Shown here one piece after another: positions 1 to 9,957 of a stretch of DNA of 64,000 nt. The DNA is from Desulfomonilia bacterium (lineage in GTDB: Bacteria; Desulfobacterota; Desulfomonilia; UBA1062), in assembly GCA_963664325.2 (NCBI GenBank), contig CAXXDQ010000007.1, forward strand, positions 973,749 to 1,037,748, read 5' to 3'. The number at the start of each line of letters is the position of its first letter. Positions within the stretch are counted from its first letter, which is position 1. Below the pieces are notes generated by a model. It had not been told where the DNA came from. It did no database searches and saw only the letters and a program-made list of their open reading frames with translations. A program made the position numbers and the translations under genes.

Positions 1-1383
1 AATGGCGACCAGAACTGCAATATGTTGCGGCACATTGTTGATCGTCTGCAGGTTATCCCAGTTCGCGGCCTTTGCGTTGTCCTTGTAAATAATCCTGTCG
101 TCGGTCGTGTTGTTTCCGATCACGTCCTTGTAGCTGTAGGTTTCGGAGAACCCGTCAATGCCTGTCATGAACGATTTTTCCTCCCAGCTGAAATTCGTCG
201 GATATTTTATAAGTATGGGCAACCATGCCGCCTGATAGAGGTCAATCGGTATGCCGTCACCTGTTTCCCCGGACATCCCTGTCGCGAACATTTCACTGGG
301 GACATACTCTGACTGAGGATGCTGTCTCAAAGACGTAACCGAATCCTTGGATACGAAAAAGCCCGCCCCGAGTATCGTATGCTGACCTGTAACACTTGCA
401 TTAGAAACCGGATCCGGGGCATTGAAAAAGTCATACCTGTGGCTGTGCTCTATCACTATCTCGGGACGTCCGTCAGGGGCATACGAACCCAACCCCGAAT
501 TTACGCCGCCTACATCATCCCTTGCATTGTTGATTCCCGGGAACCTTTCGTCCATATCGGCTTTTGTCACGAGCATGTCATGGTTTCCGGGAATATATGT
601 CACCTTTATGTTTCCATCCAGGATTATGTTGTTGAGCGCATCGACTATGCCCTCATTGGCGTCGCAAATGTCATTGAAAAAGCCGTTTTCGTCTTTGCCG
701 CCAAACGTGTCATATTCCATAGGGCAAATCCATTCGTCAAACATGTCTCCGGCTATGACAAGTTCCTTCACCGTGGGATTCGTCTTCAGCATCAGGAGGA
801 AATTCTCCAGATGTAACCTGTTCGCGATCTGCCAGCCGTAATTCTCATCCTGAGCCCTCTCGTCTCCCAGGTGCAGGTCGCTTATTACGACGATCTGTTT
901 CCTTTCTGCTCCCAGTTCGAGACTGCCTGTCTGGATGTCGAAAGAAAGCTCTGGCGTAAAATAGCCTGCATAGTCCTGAGCCGTTGTCTTGCCCGAGGCG
1001 GACGCGGCGCCGGCTTTCACTATAATCACGTATTCATTGCCGGAAATGAAATTTTCCCCGTCTGTAAGAGAGACCCTTGCAATGTCAGGCGAGAGGCTGG
1101 TTACTTCAGGATCAAGGAGCACCGGTTCGCCGGTACCGTTAATAAGATAAAGATATATTTTTCCGCCTATCGAACTGATATCCGGTTCTTCGCTGAACAC
1201 GAGGTCTATATAGTCCGTTTTTTCCAATATTTCCGGGTTGTCTGCATATGAAGACGCAGATATGCCGCCTATAAGCGCCGTTACGGTAAACGGAGTGCTG
1301 CTTGCATTATCCGAACTGGTGGAGCACCCAGCAAATAGAAGGGGGGCCCACAGCAAAAAAGACAAAAAGAATAGTTTTCTCAT
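1..1383 (-). CDS. Lipoprotein metallophosphoesterase (calcineurin-like), 3' end runs off the window
   Basis: Not in the ORF track; manual translation from ATG at 1383 stays open to base 1. MRKLFFLSFLLWAPLLFAG-C lipobox, then ISDLHLG, AGDMFD, PGNHD and EHSH metallophosphoesterase motifs. Confidence 0.85.
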   Translation of the reverse strand, partial: MRKLFFLSFLLWAPLLFAGCSTSSDNASSTPFTVTALIGGISASSYADNPEILEKTDYIDLVFSEEPDISSIGGKIYLYLINGTGEPVLLDPEVTSLSPDIARVSLTDGENFISGNEYVIIVKAGAASASGKTTAQDYAGYFTPELSFDIQTGSLELGAERKQIVVISDLHLGDERAQDENYGWQIANRLHLENFLLMLKTNPTVKELVIAGDMFDEWICPMEYDTFGGKDENGFFNDICDANEGIVDALNNIILDGNIKVTYIPGNHDMLVTKADMDERFPGINNARDDVGGVNSGLGSYAPDGRPEIVIEHSHRYDFFNAPDPVSNASVTGQHTILGAGFFVSKDSVTSLRQHPQSEYVPSEMFATGMSGETGDGIPIDLYQAAWLPILIKYPTNFSWEEKSFMTGIDGFSETYSYKDVIGNNTTDDRIIYKDNAKAANWDNLQTINNVPQHIAVLVAI

Positions 1384-1579
1384 GGGGAATACCTCTTTTT
1401 TTCAGTTTTGTTATTTATACAATCGGCTGTTTTCAATGATAACATGAACATTTACAGTCATTGCTGATTGGTTAGGAAAGTATTGGTCTCAGGCCCTTTT
1501 CCTGATCAATGAGGAAGCGACGCAGGCAGAAATATCTAATTCAATCGCGACATGGCGTTAGAACATCAAACGACTTCTT

Positions 1580-1703
1580 TTCCGCTTTGCATTCAAGATG
1601 ATACCGAGGAGTCAAGGAGGAAGCGACGCAGGCATACTTCTAACGTATGTCGAGGAGAATTCCGACGCGGACGACAAAGGTAGCGCATGAATGCGAAGCG
1701 GAA
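1580..1703. repeat. About 125-bp imperfect palindromic element (ERIC/RPE-like), copy 1
   Basis: Terminal inverted repeat TTCCGCTTTGCATTCA...TGAATGCGAAGCGGAA, central hairpin GGCATAC-TTCTAAC-GTATGTC; abuts the purB stop codon. Confidence 0.6.
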
Positions 1704-2999
1704 TTATGTGTCGAAGACGCGTTTGAATATCGTGTCTATATATTTCATGTGATGAGACAGGTCGAAGAGATCTTCTATCTTTTCCCTGCTCAGCTTTGCT
1801 GTTACTTCAGGGTCATTCAAGAGCGCTTCCTTAAAATCCCCCTTCCCTTCCCAGACCGGCAGCGCGTTCCTCTGCACAACCGCATAGGCGTCGTCGCGGA
1901 GCATACCGGCGTCGGTAAGCGCCAGCAGGACATTCTGCGAATGCCACAGTCCTTTGGTAAGTTCCAGGTTCTTTTTCACATTCTCGGGAAATACGACGAG
2001 GCCTTCGATGAGGCCCTTGAGCCTCTTGAGCGCGAAATCCAGGATGTTAGTAGCGTCCGGGCCGATCACGCGCTCCACGCTGGAATGGCTGATGTCGCGC
2101 TCGTGCCAGAGTGCCACGTTCTCCATGGCCGAGAGCGCATAGCCACGCAGGAGTCTCGACATGCCGGTCAGATTTTCGGAAAGTATCGGGTTCTTCTTGT
2201 GCGGCATGGCCGATGAGCCCTTCTGCCCCTTGCCGAAAGGCTCCATGGCCTCCAACACTTCCGAGCGCTGCAGATGCCTTATCTCGACTGCGATCTTTTC
2301 AATGGTACAGCCGACTAGTGCGATGGTCGTAAAGAATTGCGCATGGCGGTCACGCTGCACTATCTGCGTGCTGAGCGGTTCTGCCGTGAGTCCGAGCTTT
2401 TTGCAGACATAGTCCTCGACCTCGGGCGGCACATTGGCGAAGGTGCCGACCGCGCCCGAAATCTTGCCGCATGCGATCACGTCTACGGCGTCTTCCATGC
2501 GCTTCAGATTGCGCCCCATCTCTGCATAGAAGAGCGCAAACTTGGAGCCGAAAGAAACAGGTTCGGCGTGTATGCCGTGGGAGCGTCCCATCGCGGGCAG
2601 GTCCTTGAACTCGTAGGCGCGCTTCTTGAGGGCCTCCATCAGAATCTTTATATCCTCTATGATGACTGCTCCGGCCTCTTTGCACTGAAGCGCATATGCA
2701 GTGTCAAGCACATCGGAACTGGTAAGCCCCATATGTACATACCTGGCGTCATCGCCGATGTATTCGGCCACGCAGCTCACGAACGCGATTACGTCGTGGC
2801 GCGTTATGTTCTCTATCTCCTCGATCCGAGCGACCTCGAACCTGGAGTTCTTCTGTATGTTTTCAAGGCTATTCTGCGGGACCTTGCCGAGCTTGGCCCA
2901 GGCTTCGCAGGCCGCAATCTCGACATCGAGCCACTTCTGGTACCTGTTCTGATCCGACCAGATTCCGTTCATAACCTTTGTGGAGTATCGGGGAATCAT
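1704..2999 (-). CDS. purB: Adenylosuccinate lyase
   Basis: MIPRYS start after GGAAGAGGTG RBS; RHDVIAF, HMGLTSSD, GRSHGIHAEP and GSSAMPHKKNP signature. Confidence 0.97.
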   Translation of the reverse strand: MIPRYSTKVMNGIWSDQNRYQKWLDVEIAACEAWAKLGKVPQNSLENIQKNSRFEVARIEEIENITRHDVIAFVSCVAEYIGDDARYVHMGLTSSDVLDTAYALQCKEAGAVIIEDIKILMEALKKRAYEFKDLPAMGRSHGIHAEPVSFGSKFALFYAEMGRNLKRMEDAVDVIACGKISGAVGTFANVPPEVEDYVCKKLGLTAEPLSTQIVQRDRHAQFFTTIALVGCTIEKIAVEIRHLQRSEVLEAMEPFGKGQKGSSAMPHKKNPILSENLTGMSRLLRGYALSAMENVALWHERDISHSSVERVIGPDATNILDFALKRLKGLIEGLVVFPENVKKNLELTKGLWHSQNVLLALTDAGMLRDDAYAVVQRNALPVWEGKGDFKEALLNDPEVTAKLSREKIEDLFDLSHHMKYIDTIFKRVFDT

Positions 3000-3016
3000 A
3001 CGCTCACCTCTTCCTA

Positions 3017-3140
3017 TACAGGGCGTCATAACTTTGCATACCGGCGTCGCTCCTTATCCCGTCATTACGGCGTACGCTTAAAGTACGCCTCATTCCTCGA
3101 TTTCCTCGCTCCCAGGTCTGCTTTGTTCTTACGCCCTGTA
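3017..3140. repeat. About 125-bp palindromic element, copy 2 (opposite orientation)
   Basis: Perfect 10-bp terminal inverted repeat TACAGGGCGT...ACGCCCTGTA; central hairpin GGCGTAC-GCTTAAA-GTACGCC; aligns end to end with the reverse complement of 47592-47717. Confidence 0.7.
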
Positions 3141-3272
3141 AATGTTTTATAGTTTAATCAATCGCTACAGTTGCTAATTTCATATCCGCCCAAAGAGGAT
3201 GGGAAATCTTTTGTTCAATGTAAAACAAAACTCCTCTTTGATCGGAATAATAAAAATAACTATAAAAGATAT

Positions 3273-5177
3273 CTACCTTATCCTTGCGCCCACTCTGGCA
3301 TTCCTGTCGAAACCTATCAGGGACAGACCACCCTCTTCCGTGTCCGTGGCCAGGAGCATGCCGAAGCTCTCGATGCCCATGAGTTTTGCAGGCTTCAGGT
3401 TGGTCACCACCGCGATTTTTTTGCCGGTGAGCTCTTCCGGCGTATAGGCCTTGCCTATGCCGGCCACGATCTGCCTTTCCTCTCCGGTGTCAACCTTCAT
3501 CAGGATCAGCTTGTCGCTCTTGGGCACGCGTTCGGCGCTCATAATTTTGCCCACCCTGATCTCGGCCCTGGCGAATTCGGAGATGTCTATCAGGTTCAGG
3601 GGCTCTTTCTTTTCCTCTGTTTTTGCCGCTTCCGCCACGACCTCCAGAGTTTCCAGCTTTTCCACGCGCGGGAAGAGAACCTTGGGTTCCCGGGTCTTGA
3701 CGCCAGCCCTGATGGACCCGAACACGTTGAGGCTGTCCATATCAAAGCTGCCTTCGGAGCCGATCATGGCAAGAACCCTTTTTGACGCGTCCGGCATTAC
3801 CGGGTATGTCATTACGGCAATGAACCTCAAGCCTTCCATAATGTTGTACATCACGGACCCGAGACGCTTCCTGTCGGTTTTTGCAAGCGTCCACGGCGCG
3901 GATTTGTCTATGTATTTGTTGAGCCCTGAGACCAGCGTCCATGTGGCGGCCAGGGCATTCTGCATCTCTATGGACTTCATCCTAGAACGGTAGTGGATGG
4001 CCGAGCTGAGTGCGAGGTCCCTCAACTGGATGTCTTCCTCGTTATCGGATTCATCGGCATCCGGTATGACGCCTCCGTAATACTTATTCAGCATGCCGAG
4101 GCTCCTGTTGACCAGGTTGCCGAGGTCGTTTGCAAGGTCTGCATTGTAGCGGTCGATCATGGCGTCTTCGGAGAAATTCGAATCGAGCCCGAACACCATG
4201 TCGCGCACAAGATAATAGCGGAAGGCGTCCAGTCCGTATTTTTCCTTCAAATCGAGCGGGTTGATGACATTGCCCAGGCTCTTGCTCATCTTCGCCATCT
4301 CTATGTTCCAGTAGCCGTGTACATTGAGGTGTTTATAAGGTTCAAGCCCGGCGGCCTTGAGCATTGTGGGCCAGTAAACGCCGTGGGGCTTCAGGATGTC
4401 CTTCGCTATCAGGTGCTGCGCCGCACCCCAGTATTCGCTGAAATGCCCGCCGCCAGGATAGCCGATGCCGGTTACATAGTTTATAAGGGCGTCGAACCAG
4501 ACATAGCATACATAGTCATTGTCGAAAGGCAAATCTATGCCCCATGACAGGCGCTTTTTGGGCCGGGAGATGCACAGGTCGTCAAGAGGCTCGCGAAGCA
4601 TCCCGAGCACCTCGTTCCTGTAGCGCTGCGGCCTTATGAAATCCGGGTTGGCGTTAATATGATCTATCAGCCATCCCCGGTATTTTTCCATTTTAAAGAA
4701 ATAGTTCTGTTCCTTGATGTGGGTCGGCTCAGTCCGATGCTGGGGGCATTTCCCGTCTTCAAGCTCGCTGTCGGTTAAAAAGCGTTCGCATCCCAGGCAG
4801 TAGTTGCCGCCGTATTCACCGAAATAGATGTCGCCGGAATCGTACACCTTTTGCAGAATGGACTGCACGACTTTTACATGCTCGGGGTCGGTGGTCCTTA
4901 TAAAGCGGTCCGGCTCCACCGACATTTCGGGAAGTATGGCCCTGAAAAGCGCGCTGTTCTCGTCCGCCAGCTCCTTTGCCGTTTTGCCCAGTTTTTTCGC
5001 CGACTGCACTATCTTGTCGCCGTGTTCGTCGGTGCCGGTCAGGAAAAAGACGTTTTTCCCGGATATCCTGTTGAACCGCGCAAGCACGTCGGCGACTATG
5101 GATGTATAGACATGGCCGATATGCGGCTTGGAGTTAACATAGTAGATTGGGGTGGTTATATAAAAATAGTTCATCAT
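3273..5177 (-). CDS. metG: Methionyl-tRNA synthetase with C-terminal tRNA-binding domain
   Basis: ITTPIYYVN..PHIGH, GTDEHG, KMSKS, C-terminal RQIVAGI/NLKPAKLMG OB fold. Confidence 0.97.
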   Translation of the reverse strand: MMNYFYITTPIYYVNSKPHIGHVYTSIVADVLARFNRISGKNVFFLTGTDEHGDKIVQSAKKLGKTAKELADENSALFRAILPEMSVEPDRFIRTTDPEHVKVVQSILQKVYDSGDIYFGEYGGNYCLGCERFLTDSELEDGKCPQHRTEPTHIKEQNYFFKMEKYRGWLIDHINANPDFIRPQRYRNEVLGMLREPLDDLCISRPKKRLSWGIDLPFDNDYVCYVWFDALINYVTGIGYPGGGHFSEYWGAAQHLIAKDILKPHGVYWPTMLKAAGLEPYKHLNVHGYWNIEMAKMSKSLGNVINPLDLKEKYGLDAFRYYLVRDMVFGLDSNFSEDAMIDRYNADLANDLGNLVNRSLGMLNKYYGGVIPDADESDNEEDIQLRDLALSSAIHYRSRMKSIEMQNALAATWTLVSGLNKYIDKSAPWTLAKTDRKRLGSVMYNIMEGLRFIAVMTYPVMPDASKRVLAMIGSEGSFDMDSLNVFGSIRAGVKTREPKVLFPRVEKLETLEVVAEAAKTEEKKEPLNLIDISEFARAEIRVGKIMSAERVPKSDKLILMKVDTGEERQIVAGIGKAYTPEELTGKKIAVVTNLKPAKLMGIESFGMLLATDTEEGGLSLIGFDRNARVGARIR

Positions 5178-6211
5178 TGTCCGGGTTTCCTCCTGGATCT
5201 GTTACGCCGGTTCCTGTTATGGCGCCTGTGCTTGTTCTTCTTATCATCGTTCTGCGCATCCGTTTTCGCCTCCGGCGGTTTGACCTGTGCAGCAATTGGC
5301 GCAGGCTCGGGAAGTTTCTGCTGGGCCTGGTGCTTCTGGTCGGACACCTTGTGAAATTCTTCTTCCGTAAGGATGTCTGAGACCTTTGCCTTGACGAACT
5401 TCCTGTCGGCCAGCTTGGCAATAAACGTCTGGTTGATGACGTTGATGCTTATTACGGTCGCCTCTCCCTGCTCAAGGAAAACCGTCTTCCCGGCCTTGGG
5501 CAGGTTGTCGATCAGGTTTGCATAGGATTCCTTTTCATAGGCAAGACAGCATTTAAGTTTGCCGCAGATACCGGATATCTTTGTGGGATTAAGGGTCATG
5601 TTCTGATTCTTTGCCATCTTGACCGATATGCGCTGGAAATTGGTCAGAAAGCTCGCACAGCACAGCTCCCTTCCGCAGCTCCCTATGCCGCCCAGTATGC
5701 AGGTTTCCTGACGGGCCCCTATCTGTCTTAACTCTATCCTCGTCCTGTATTTTTCAACGAGGTCTTTCAGCAGTTCCCTGAAATCCACCCTGCCTTCGGA
5801 TACGAAGAAGAATGTAATCTTGTTGCCGTCGAACGACTGCTCGACAAGGATGAGTTTCATTAGGAGTTTCCTTGCGATTATCCGTTCCTTGCAGAAGTTA
5901 AAGGCCGTCTTTTCCTTTGTTTTTATATCGCTTAACTTCTTTTTGTCAGAATCACTGAGCAACCTGAGTACAGGTTTGATTTCATCGAGTCCGGACGCGT
6001 CCTCTTCCGTCGTAAAGGCAAGTACCTTGCCGGCGGCAAGACCAAGCTCGGTTTCGACTACAGCCATCATGCCTGGTTTTAAATCAAGATCGCCAGCATT
6101 GAAAATATATGGTGTGAGCATGCTGGAAAACCTTATATAAACAAGCTTTCTGGGTTTAGTCCCCTGCAGATCATCATTTTGTACAGATTCAGAATTTTCC
6201 ATAAAAGTCAT
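5174..6211 (-). CDS. PSP1/RicT (YaaT) family Fe-S protein
   Basis: GRVDFRELLKDL, GGIGSCGRELCC, ISGICGKLKCCLAYE; usual position upstream of metG; exact start uncertain. Confidence 0.9.
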   Translation of the reverse strand: MTFMENSESVQNDDLQGTKPRKLVYIRFSSMLTPYIFNAGDLDLKPGMMAVVETELGLAAGKVLAFTTEEDASGLDEIKPVLRLLSDSDKKKLSDIKTKEKTAFNFCKERIIARKLLMKLILVEQSFDGNKITFFFVSEGRVDFRELLKDLVEKYRTRIELRQIGARQETCILGGIGSCGRELCCASFLTNFQRISVKMAKNQNMTLNPTKISGICGKLKCCLAYEKESYANLIDNLPKAGKTVFLEQGEATVISINVINQTFIAKLADRKFVKAKVSDILTEEEFHKVSDQKHQAQQKLPEPAPIAAQVKPPEAKTDAQNDDKKNKHRRHNRNRRNRSRRKPGQ

Positions 6212-6429
6212 GTTATCAATCTTAAAACATATTTTGCAAGCCCATCTTTTCTAACGCGGCCGAGGGCATCATCAAAGGTGCTGACGGTTACGTTATCGTA
6301 ATCGCGATTACGCACAATCTGTAACGGTCCGCCGTGTGCTTTTTATAATATCTTTAAATTTATCGGTTTTTTAAATGGCTCACCGATTGCTCCCTTATAT
6401 CACAGATAAAAGATTTGGAGGCACCGACG

Positions 6430-8829
6430 ATGAAGAAATATTTTATTCTGTTATCACTAATCATGGCTGCAGCGATTTTATACCCTGTCCAACTGCTGGC
6501 TGTTTCTATTGAGGTAAGCTGGAATGCGAATACCGAAACGGACCTTGCGGGATACAAGGTTTATTACGGAACCCAGTCAGGGACATACGCTTCAACTTTA
6601 AACACAGGCAAAACGACTACCGCTACCATTGACAATCTACAAACCGGCAAGACCTATTACGTGACCATGAGCGCTTATGATACTTCAGGCAATGAATCCG
6701 AAAAATCAGCTGAAGTCAGCATATCAATCCCTGTTCCCGACACAACGCCTCCGACTGGAAGTATCACTATAAATTCAGGAGCGGCAACCGCCTCTTCAAG
6801 AACTGTAACCTTAAGCCTTACCGCAACCGATACCGAAGGAACTGTTGCAGCGATGAAGATAAGCAGCGACGGTACGACATGGTCCGCCGAGGCGCCGTTC
6901 AGCGCCTCACAGGCGTGGGTACTGCCCGAGGGTGACGGTACCAAAACCGTATATGCAGTTTTCAAGGACAACAGCGGCAACTGGATGACAACCCCGGCAA
7001 GCGACACGATTCAGCTTGTGCTTGACTCCGACAGCGACGGGCTGCCGGATGTCTGGGAAATCGCCAACGGACTCAATCCCAACGACCCCGCCGACGCGGG
7101 CCTTGACAGCGACGGCGACGGTTACAACAACATGGAGGAATATGCCAACAAAACAAACCCGAATTACAGGTATGATTACGCGCCGATAGCCGAAGCCGGC
7201 ACCGGCCAGCAGAGCGATCCTACAAGGATATATCTTGACGGTTCAGCCTCTTATGACCCCAACGGCGATGCCATTGCCTATTCTTGGACTCAGGTTTCCG
7301 GCCCGCAGGTCGCGATAGAAAACTCCACAACCAGCAGGGCGAGCTTCATGGGCGTAAAGGCCGGAACCTACAGACTCATGTTAAGCTGTTCGGACCTAAG
7401 GGCCACATCCACCGATTATGTTGATATAATCATCAACAATGTTGCACCGAGCGTAAACGCAGGAAGCGACATGACTGTTGACTCGGGCACTGTAATAACG
7501 CTTCATTCTTCGGGATCGGACCCTAATGGCGATGCGCTGACATACACATGGTCGCTCGTTGAGGGCCCGGGCATTGCGCTTCCGGCAATGACCACGCAGG
7601 ATATAACGCTAACGCCGCAGATCGGCGGACTGTACAAGTTTGCAGTCGTCTGCTCTGACGGAGCCAATATCAGCCCTGCTGATGAGATCCTTCTTACCGT
7701 AAATGCAATAAACCACGCACCGACGGCCGAAGCCGGCGCTGATGTCGATGTCCAGTCAGGCACCCTTGTAACCCTGGATGGAAGCGGTTCAACCGATCCC
7801 GACAATGACAGGCTCAGCTACTCGTGGACCCAGGTTTCCGGTCCCCAGGTGCAGCTGTCAAATACGGGCATCGACAAACCGACGTTTACCGCCTCCACAA
7901 CAGACACGTATGTATTTGAATTGACAGTTGCCGATGCAAAAGTCAGTTCGACACCTGACACCGTTACGGTAAGGGTGCTCAGGCAGAATACGGCACCGGT
8001 AGCTGATGCCGGGAATGACCAGGTCACCGGGGCCGGCTCAACCGTAACCCTCGATGCAGGCGCCTCTTACGATCCGGATGCAGACGCCATAACTTATGCA
8101 TGGTTGCAGACCGGCGGCGCATCGGTTGAAATGTCGGGAGTCAACATGGCCCGTGTGACATTCACCCCGACCGTATCCGGTGTCCTGGAGTTCAAGGTGA
8201 CCGTATCCGACGGCCAGGCACAGGCTGAAGACACCGTCAAGGTAACCGTTGAAAGCGTCAATACGGTTCCTGTAGCAGAAGCCGGAGACCCTCAGACCGT
8301 CACACTGACCCCTACGCTGGGTCAGAGGATAACCCTTGACGGCAGAAACAGCCTGGATCCAGACGGAGATGCCCTTTCTTACATCTGGTCTCAGATTTCG
8401 GGGCCCAGCACATCCCTGACAGGCTCTAATACGGCAACCCCATGGTTCGCTCCCGGAGCGGCCGGAACCTATGTCTTCGAACTCAAGGTGTATGACGGCA
8501 AAGATACAAGCCTTGCCGATACGGTGACGGTCACGGTCCTGAGCATGCAGAGCAATATAACCCTTATCGCTCCGCTTAACGGGTCGCAGGTATCAAGCAA
8601 TCCCACCATGAAATGGAGCGGCGTCAACATGACGGGCTATACGCTCTATCTGGCTCTCGACGGCAAGAATTACACAAAGATGTACTCCGGAAGCTGGACA
8701 TCATATACCGTTCACTCTGCGCACTGGTACTGGTTCATTCCCAAAAAGACAACCATAAGCTGGTATGTGATCGGACAGAAAGGCTCCACTCAGGTCAAAA
8801 GCAGCGTCTATACATTCATCAAGTCATAG
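6430..8829 (+). CDS. Secreted surface protein: FN3 domain, Ca-binding DxDxDG repeats and several PKD/Ig-like repeats
   Basis: Signal peptide; VSWNAN..DLAGYKVYYG (FN3); DSDSDGLPDVWE; repeated PxAxAGxD...LDGSxSxDPxGDxLxYxWxQxSGP units. Confidence 0.85.
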   Translation: MKKYFILLSLIMAAAILYPVQLLAVSIEVSWNANTETDLAGYKVYYGTQSGTYASTLNTGKTTTATIDNLQTGKTYYVTMSAYDTSGNESEKSAEVSISIPVPDTTPPTGSITINSGAATASSRTVTLSLTATDTEGTVAAMKISSDGTTWSAEAPFSASQAWVLPEGDGTKTVYAVFKDNSGNWMTTPASDTIQLVLDSDSDGLPDVWEIANGLNPNDPADAGLDSDGDGYNNMEEYANKTNPNYRYDYAPIAEAGTGQQSDPTRIYLDGSASYDPNGDAIAYSWTQVSGPQVAIENSTTSRASFMGVKAGTYRLMLSCSDLRATSTDYVDIIINNVAPSVNAGSDMTVDSGTVITLHSSGSDPNGDALTYTWSLVEGPGIALPAMTTQDITLTPQIGGLYKFAVVCSDGANISPADEILLTVNAINHAPTAEAGADVDVQSGTLVTLDGSGSTDPDNDRLSYSWTQVSGPQVQLSNTGIDKPTFTASTTDTYVFELTVADAKVSSTPDTVTVRVLRQNTAPVADAGNDQVTGAGSTVTLDAGASYDPDADAITYAWLQTGGASVEMSGVNMARVTFTPTVSGVLEFKVTVSDGQAQAEDTVKVTVESVNTVPVAEAGDPQTVTLTPTLGQRITLDGRNSLDPDGDALSYIWSQISGPSTSLTGSNTATPWFAPGAAGTYVFELKVYDGKDTSLADTVTVTVLSMQSNITLIAPLNGSQVSSNPTMKWSGVNMTGYTLYLALDGKNYTKMYSGSWTSYTVHSAHWYWFIPKKTTISWYVIGQKGSTQVKSSVYTFIKS

Positions 8830-8844
8830 CCGGAAATGCGGCGT

Positions 8845-8882
8845 AAAAAATAAAGGGGCCGCATGGCCCCTTTATTTTTTTC
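8845..8882. terminator. Intrinsic terminator (bidirectional type)
   Basis: AAAAAATAAAGGGGCC-GCAT-GGCCCCTTTATTTTTT. Confidence 0.85.
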
Positions 8883-8950
8883 TGTTAATATCTTGATAAT
8901 TCGGGCAAGTGGCATATTATTGGCACAATATTTTTCCCGGAGGTATCATA

Positions 8951-9226
8951 ATGAAAAAGGCATTCTGGTTATTAATGATGATCGGTTCCCTTTGCGGCTG
9001 GGCGTTTGCAATCACCGGACTTGTAAAACCCTTTGAAGATGAAAAGCTGAAAAAGATATGGAAAGGGGTTTTCTGCACATGGGTATACGGGCACCCGCTC
9101 GAGCTCGCCTTGTCTCTCTGGATAGGTAAGAAGGCCGGCCTTTCCGGATTAAGAACCATATTTAAAACACTCGCCTTCGGATTTACATGGTGGGTCCCCC
9201 TGAAGCTGGGAATTATAAAAAAATAA
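8951..9226 (+). CDS. Small membrane protein, unknown function
   Basis: GGAGG RBS, hydrophobic segments, HPLEL and TLAFGFTWWVP motifs. Confidence 0.7.
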   Translation: MKKAFWLLMMIGSLCGWAFAITGLVKPFEDEKLKKIWKGVFCTWVYGHPLELALSLWIGKKAGLSGLRTIFKTLAFGFTWWVPLKLGIIKK

Positions 9227-9246
9227 CCTATTCAAGGGAAACCGGG

Positions 9247-9699
9247 ATGATAAAAGTCAGAGATATCATGACAACCGGGCCGGTAACGTTTTCCCCGGAT
9301 GACGAGATCGCCAAGGCCACGCAAATCCTGCTGGAAAACAGGTTCAACGGAGCGCCGGTGGTCGATTCAACGGGAAAACTGGTTGGGATTTTATGCCAGA
9401 GCGACCTTATTGCCCAGCAGAAAAATCTCCCCATTCCATCCATATTCACATTCCTTGACGGTTTTATCCCTTTGACTTCCATGAAACACCTGGAAAAAGA
9501 AATCGAAAAAATAGCGGCAACCCTGGTATCCCAGGCAATGACCCCGAATCCCGTTACCGTAAGCCCTGAAACGGAAATCGAAGAGGTCGCCAGGCTGATG
9601 GTAGATAAAAAATTTCATACACTTCCGGTTGTGGATGACAAAGGCTGTGTCATCGGAATAATAGGCAAACATGATATTTTGAAAACCCTGCTCAAGTAA
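9247..9699 (+). CDS. CBS-domain pair protein
   Basis: KVRDIMT, GAPVVD..GKLVGIL, AMTPNPVTVSP, LPVVD. Confidence 0.9.
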   Translation: MIKVRDIMTTGPVTFSPDDEIAKATQILLENRFNGAPVVDSTGKLVGILCQSDLIAQQKNLPIPSIFTFLDGFIPLTSMKHLEKEIEKIAATLVSQAMTPNPVTVSPETEIEEVARLMVDKKFHTLPVVDDKGCVIGIIGKHDILKTLLK

Positions 9700-9957
9700 A
9701 GAAAGCCGGCTGATTTTCTAAAAATATCTTCAGGCCCGGGCTTTCCGCTTTAAACGTAAAACACAGTGCCATCTGGTACTAAGCAAGGGCCGAAACCTTT
9801 TAAATCAATAATGCCGGTTTCGATGGATTTTCATTGTAAAATCGTTTTGCTTGACGCCTGCTTCCATATTGCTCCCACCCAACTGTCATTAAAGCCCTGT
9901 TTCCAATGAAACTCAGGCTTGCCATCTTGCTCAAAAGGATATAAATATTATTATTCT

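Noticed and set aside
22-1447. Plus-strand ORFs in the ORF track
   Set aside because: They are shadows of the minus-strand metallophosphoesterase; the same applies to most short ORFs antisense to the annotated genes.
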